Positions 60,834 to 64,000 of a stretch of DNA of 64,000 nucleotides are shown in pieces. The position numbers were made by a program, and so were the translations under genes. The notes under the pieces were generated by a model, which saw nothing but the letters and a program-made list of their open reading frames with translations, made no database searches and had not been told where the DNA came from. Origin of the DNA: Anthoceros angustus (Eukaryota; Plantae; Anthocerotophyta); the NCBI GenBank assembly GCA_010909165.1, contig MU008161.1, positions 868,001-932,000 on the forward strand. The letters run 5' to 3'. Numbering within the stretch: position 1 is the stretch's first letter; each line of letters starts with the position of its first letter.

Positions 60834-63800
60834 ATGGAGCCTGAGGCTGCGGGGAGAATGGCACGCAGAAGCAGCGGGCCCGACGGCTGCCGACGCCACA
60901 GCCAGCAGCAAGCCCGGCTTCATGGCGGCTCTGGCAGGTCGTCAGCCAAGCCATCCCCCGCCGAGAGCGAGCGAGACCGCGAACGCGATGCAGCGGCAGC
61001 AGCAGAGCCGCTCTCCGCTTCGCCCGTCTCCACCCCGACCTCCTCCACCAGCTCCGGCGACAAGGGCTGGGACCGCACTTGCGGCCTGGCCGCCGCCGCG
61101 CGGCTGTGCAACAACAGCAGCAAGCCCGCAGCTCTGGCCTGCTCCCTCCCCGCCGCGCCCTTCGCCTTCCAGAAGCGCAAGGCGCGCATCGATTGGCGCG
61201 TCCTGCACTCCGTGGATGTGGACAAGCTCATCCGCGAAGCAGGTGACCCAACCACCCGCTTCCCTGGCCCTGGCCTGGCCTGGCACCTGCCCCCTCCCCT
61301 CCCCTCCCCTCATGCTGCCTCGGCTCCTCTGCAGACATCGACACGCTGGAGTCGGTGGTGGACACCATCGCGTTCGGGGACATCGCCGGGGAGGACACGC
61401 GCAATTTCACGGAAGCCAATTTCCTCAAAATCTTCCAGCTTGCGCAGCTCATGGTACGGTTTCCGCCTTGCTTTGCTTTGCTTTGCCCCCGCACGAGCAC
61501 GATGGAGGTGGTGGGTTGCCGCAGGCAGTGTGAGCTCACGGGAGGCTGGGGTGGGGTGGGATGGGATGGGATGTGATGGGCAGGTGGAGTATCTGCTGCA
61601 CGTCCAGGAGGTGCTGGCCGCGCACAAGGCGGAGCTCATCAAGGCTGGGTCGGCGCTGCAGGAGGACGGGGAGAAGAACCGGGTGAAGTACCGGGCGCAG
61701 CGTGCTGCGCTTGCTGCCGTCCGCCGCGAGTTGAAGCAGACCAAGAAGGTGGGCAGCCCTCTTCAGGCGGAGGCAGCTGGTTGCCTGCAGGCCTTGAGCC
61801 GTGAATGGGCTTCCTTCCCTTGTGCTCAATGTTGGCATGTCACCGTGGCGGTGCAGACCATGCATACCTATGAGATCCTGTTGCGAACGCAAGGGAAGAA
61901 CAGCACCCCAGTTCCAGCTCCAGCACAGGCACCAGCACCGGTGCAGACCACGGGGCATCAGGTGAGTGGCCGCACGCCGGAGCCTTTGAAGTCATGCCAC
62001 CCGCCTGCCCTATGCATCGTCACCGTTACAGTGCTCGTGTGCAGGTCGCTCATTGCCCTTTCTGCGAGAAAGTCTTTGAGTCGGCTTACTTCCTTGTAAG
62101 TAGACGCAATGCTATGGTTTCTTGCTCTTGAAGAAGCTGTGGCTAAGGTTTACGCCTGTTTAACAACGCTGGGAAAGCTTGCCAGGACCTTCACATGTCC
62201 AGAAGGCATGGCAAGTCGGGGGGCAATCACAGCACGGAAGAGAAGATCATCGCAGTGGTCACCAAGGAGGAGTCGAGACCAACACAAGTGAGCTTTCCTT
62301 TTGTGAATTCGGATCCTCGCATAAGCGCTTGGTTTCTGATACAGGATAACGCCTGCAGGTAGCAGAAACGTCAGCCCTTCATGCTGAGTTGCAGCAGCTG
62401 CGCATTACCTCTCAGGTGGGTGGATGGGGTTCTGCCTTTTTAGTTTCCTGGATGGCTGTGGCACTACTCGAATTGACCTTGTCCGCACAAGTATATGCTT
62501 ATTTTTGCGTCGCTTCGGGCTCAGGCTGAGTTTCAACGAGCAGAAACCGCAGCGCAGGCGCAGGTGCAGACCGAATGAAGTATCTTGCCCTTGGTTCTCA
62601 CTTTGGTATGCGTCATTAACATGGGCATCCATCATTTGGTGCTTGGAAGTCAGATAGCTTCCCTTCAGTCAGCTCTGAGAGACAGTAACTACAAGCTCTT
62701 GGAGGTGCAAAGCAGGCTCGACTCTATCCAGACTCAAATGCAAGCCTCTTCAACAGCTGTGGGCATTCTCCTCCTGTGTCCCTCCAGGCGTGCTACCTTT
62801 TCTCAAATGCTTCACCACATAAGCTCTGTTTGGTCAACACATGTCTTGGGTTTTGCAGGAGGTTCATCATCGTCTTGAGAACCTTCAAACTCAGATCATT
62901 GCATCGTCCTCTGTAGGTTCCCACTTTTCACTCCTGTCTATTGCTGTTTCTGAGTAATCGCCTAGTGCCTCAACGGTAGTTTGCATTATACGCCCCTTCT
63001 TGTGTTCATAAGGATCGCTTTCCTTTCCAGCAGGGTTTCAGGCCCAAAGACATTCCCACAGAGAGGCCAACAGACAAGGACTTCTATTCTGGACAGGAGG
63101 TACGTTCTGCTCTCTGTGAAACAACAACTGGGAATCTCTTGAGAGAGTCCTCTTTGCCAGTCCTTGAGCTTAACTTTGATCGTTCGTTGCTGCAGAAACT
63201 GAGGGAACTGGAGCTAAAGTTCGTAACCCTTGATCAACAGCTTAACAACCTGAATAATGTAAGAGATGTGGACATCTCATTATCTTTTTATTAGATGATT
63301 GCTGGCAGGAGTGAGTCTCACATTAAGCTTGCATCCAGGAAAATGCAAGATTGGTGAAGGAGCTTGAATCTGCATACCAGGAAGTAAACAAGTCTAGACC
63401 TAACATTCCTCCTTCCCGTCAGCTCCAGCATGCTTAGTAAGTGCACGTCTTGTCCGACTGCAGGTGCATGGTTTGAAATCCGAAAAAGACGAACACCCGT
63501 CCTCACATGAAAATCAGGAGAATCAGATCTCCACTGTGACTACTGTATCTGTAAAAGGACGTGCGCGCCTAGCAATACCGCAAGCGCAGTATCAGGAGTA
63601 CGAGGTTTGAAAGTTCCTCGCCAGGTGCTTCGAGAAGTCGTCATCTTTTGACGCTTGGACATTTTTAAGTCTTGGTGTGTTGGCTTCTGTGCAGGTAGAA
63701 GAGCTGGAAAGGGGAAGTCAGCCGGCAAGAAGGCCTATCCGAAAGGTGCTTCCCTTGCATATGGAGGAGGCTGGAACACGCAAGCTAAGTTTGTTACTAC

Positions 63801-64000
63801 ATCATTTACCGATCAGTTTTTCTGCTGCAGGAGCATGGCAGAGTTAAACTATCACCGGACGCTCACAAGAAGCCAAAGTCACTGAAGGTTTGCACGAACG
63901 TCTCACTGTTGTTTTAGTGAGACTAGCTCAAGAATGGAGGAATCTGACGGATTTGAAATCACAGAACTGGTTCAGCGAGGTGGGCCAGGAAGAGAGAGCT
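60834..64000 (+). CDS. DZIP1: DZIP1/Iguana-like ciliary zinc-finger coiled-coil protein, multi-exon, continues off the right end
   Basis: Spliced exons give FQKRKARIDWRVLHSVDVDKLIREADIDTLESVVDTIAFGDI...NFLKIFQLAQLMVEYLLHVQE (Dzip-like N domain), a coiled coil, then C2H2 finger HCPFCEKVFESAYFL/DLHMSRRH (~62046-62212). The start codon is uncertain. Confidence 0.85.

Noticed and set aside
60834-62099. 421-aa uninterrupted ORF as the true protein
   Set aside because: It reads through GC-rich introns; the conserved DZIP1-like sequence needs splicing and frame changes.

Overview
Eukaryotic nuclear DNA from a land plant that most likely has flagellated sperm. This is inferred from a DZIP1/Iguana-like ciliary gene, very short GT-AG introns and GC-rich genes; a hornwort-like bryophyte would fit. 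The ends of the window are gene-dense: kinesin-5 (minus strand, runs off the left end), then a MEE22-like coiled-coil gene, mitochondrial-type LpxD and a DZIP1-like C2H2 gene (runs off the right end). The middle ~50 kb is a nested transposon block. A decayed L1-type LINE (minus strand, ~47.6 kb to ~6.7 kb) is split by a 33.6-kb Ty3/Gypsy insertion (7704-41303) organised as LTR-gag/pol-LTR-gag/pol-LTR. A 3.6-kb gag/protease-only Ty1/copia-type element lies at 47881-51476. The most unusual feature is the Gypsy LTR. It is ~4.3 kb long, bounded by a PPT, TGTGG...CCACA ends and a tRNA-Asp PBS. It appears to contain a ~3-kb sense-strand protein-coding region, followed directly by an array of GTCCGGAC palindromes with ~11-bp period. 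The repeat block is full of small indels and local duplications that look like unpolished long-read errors, so reading frames and copy numbers there need confirmation.
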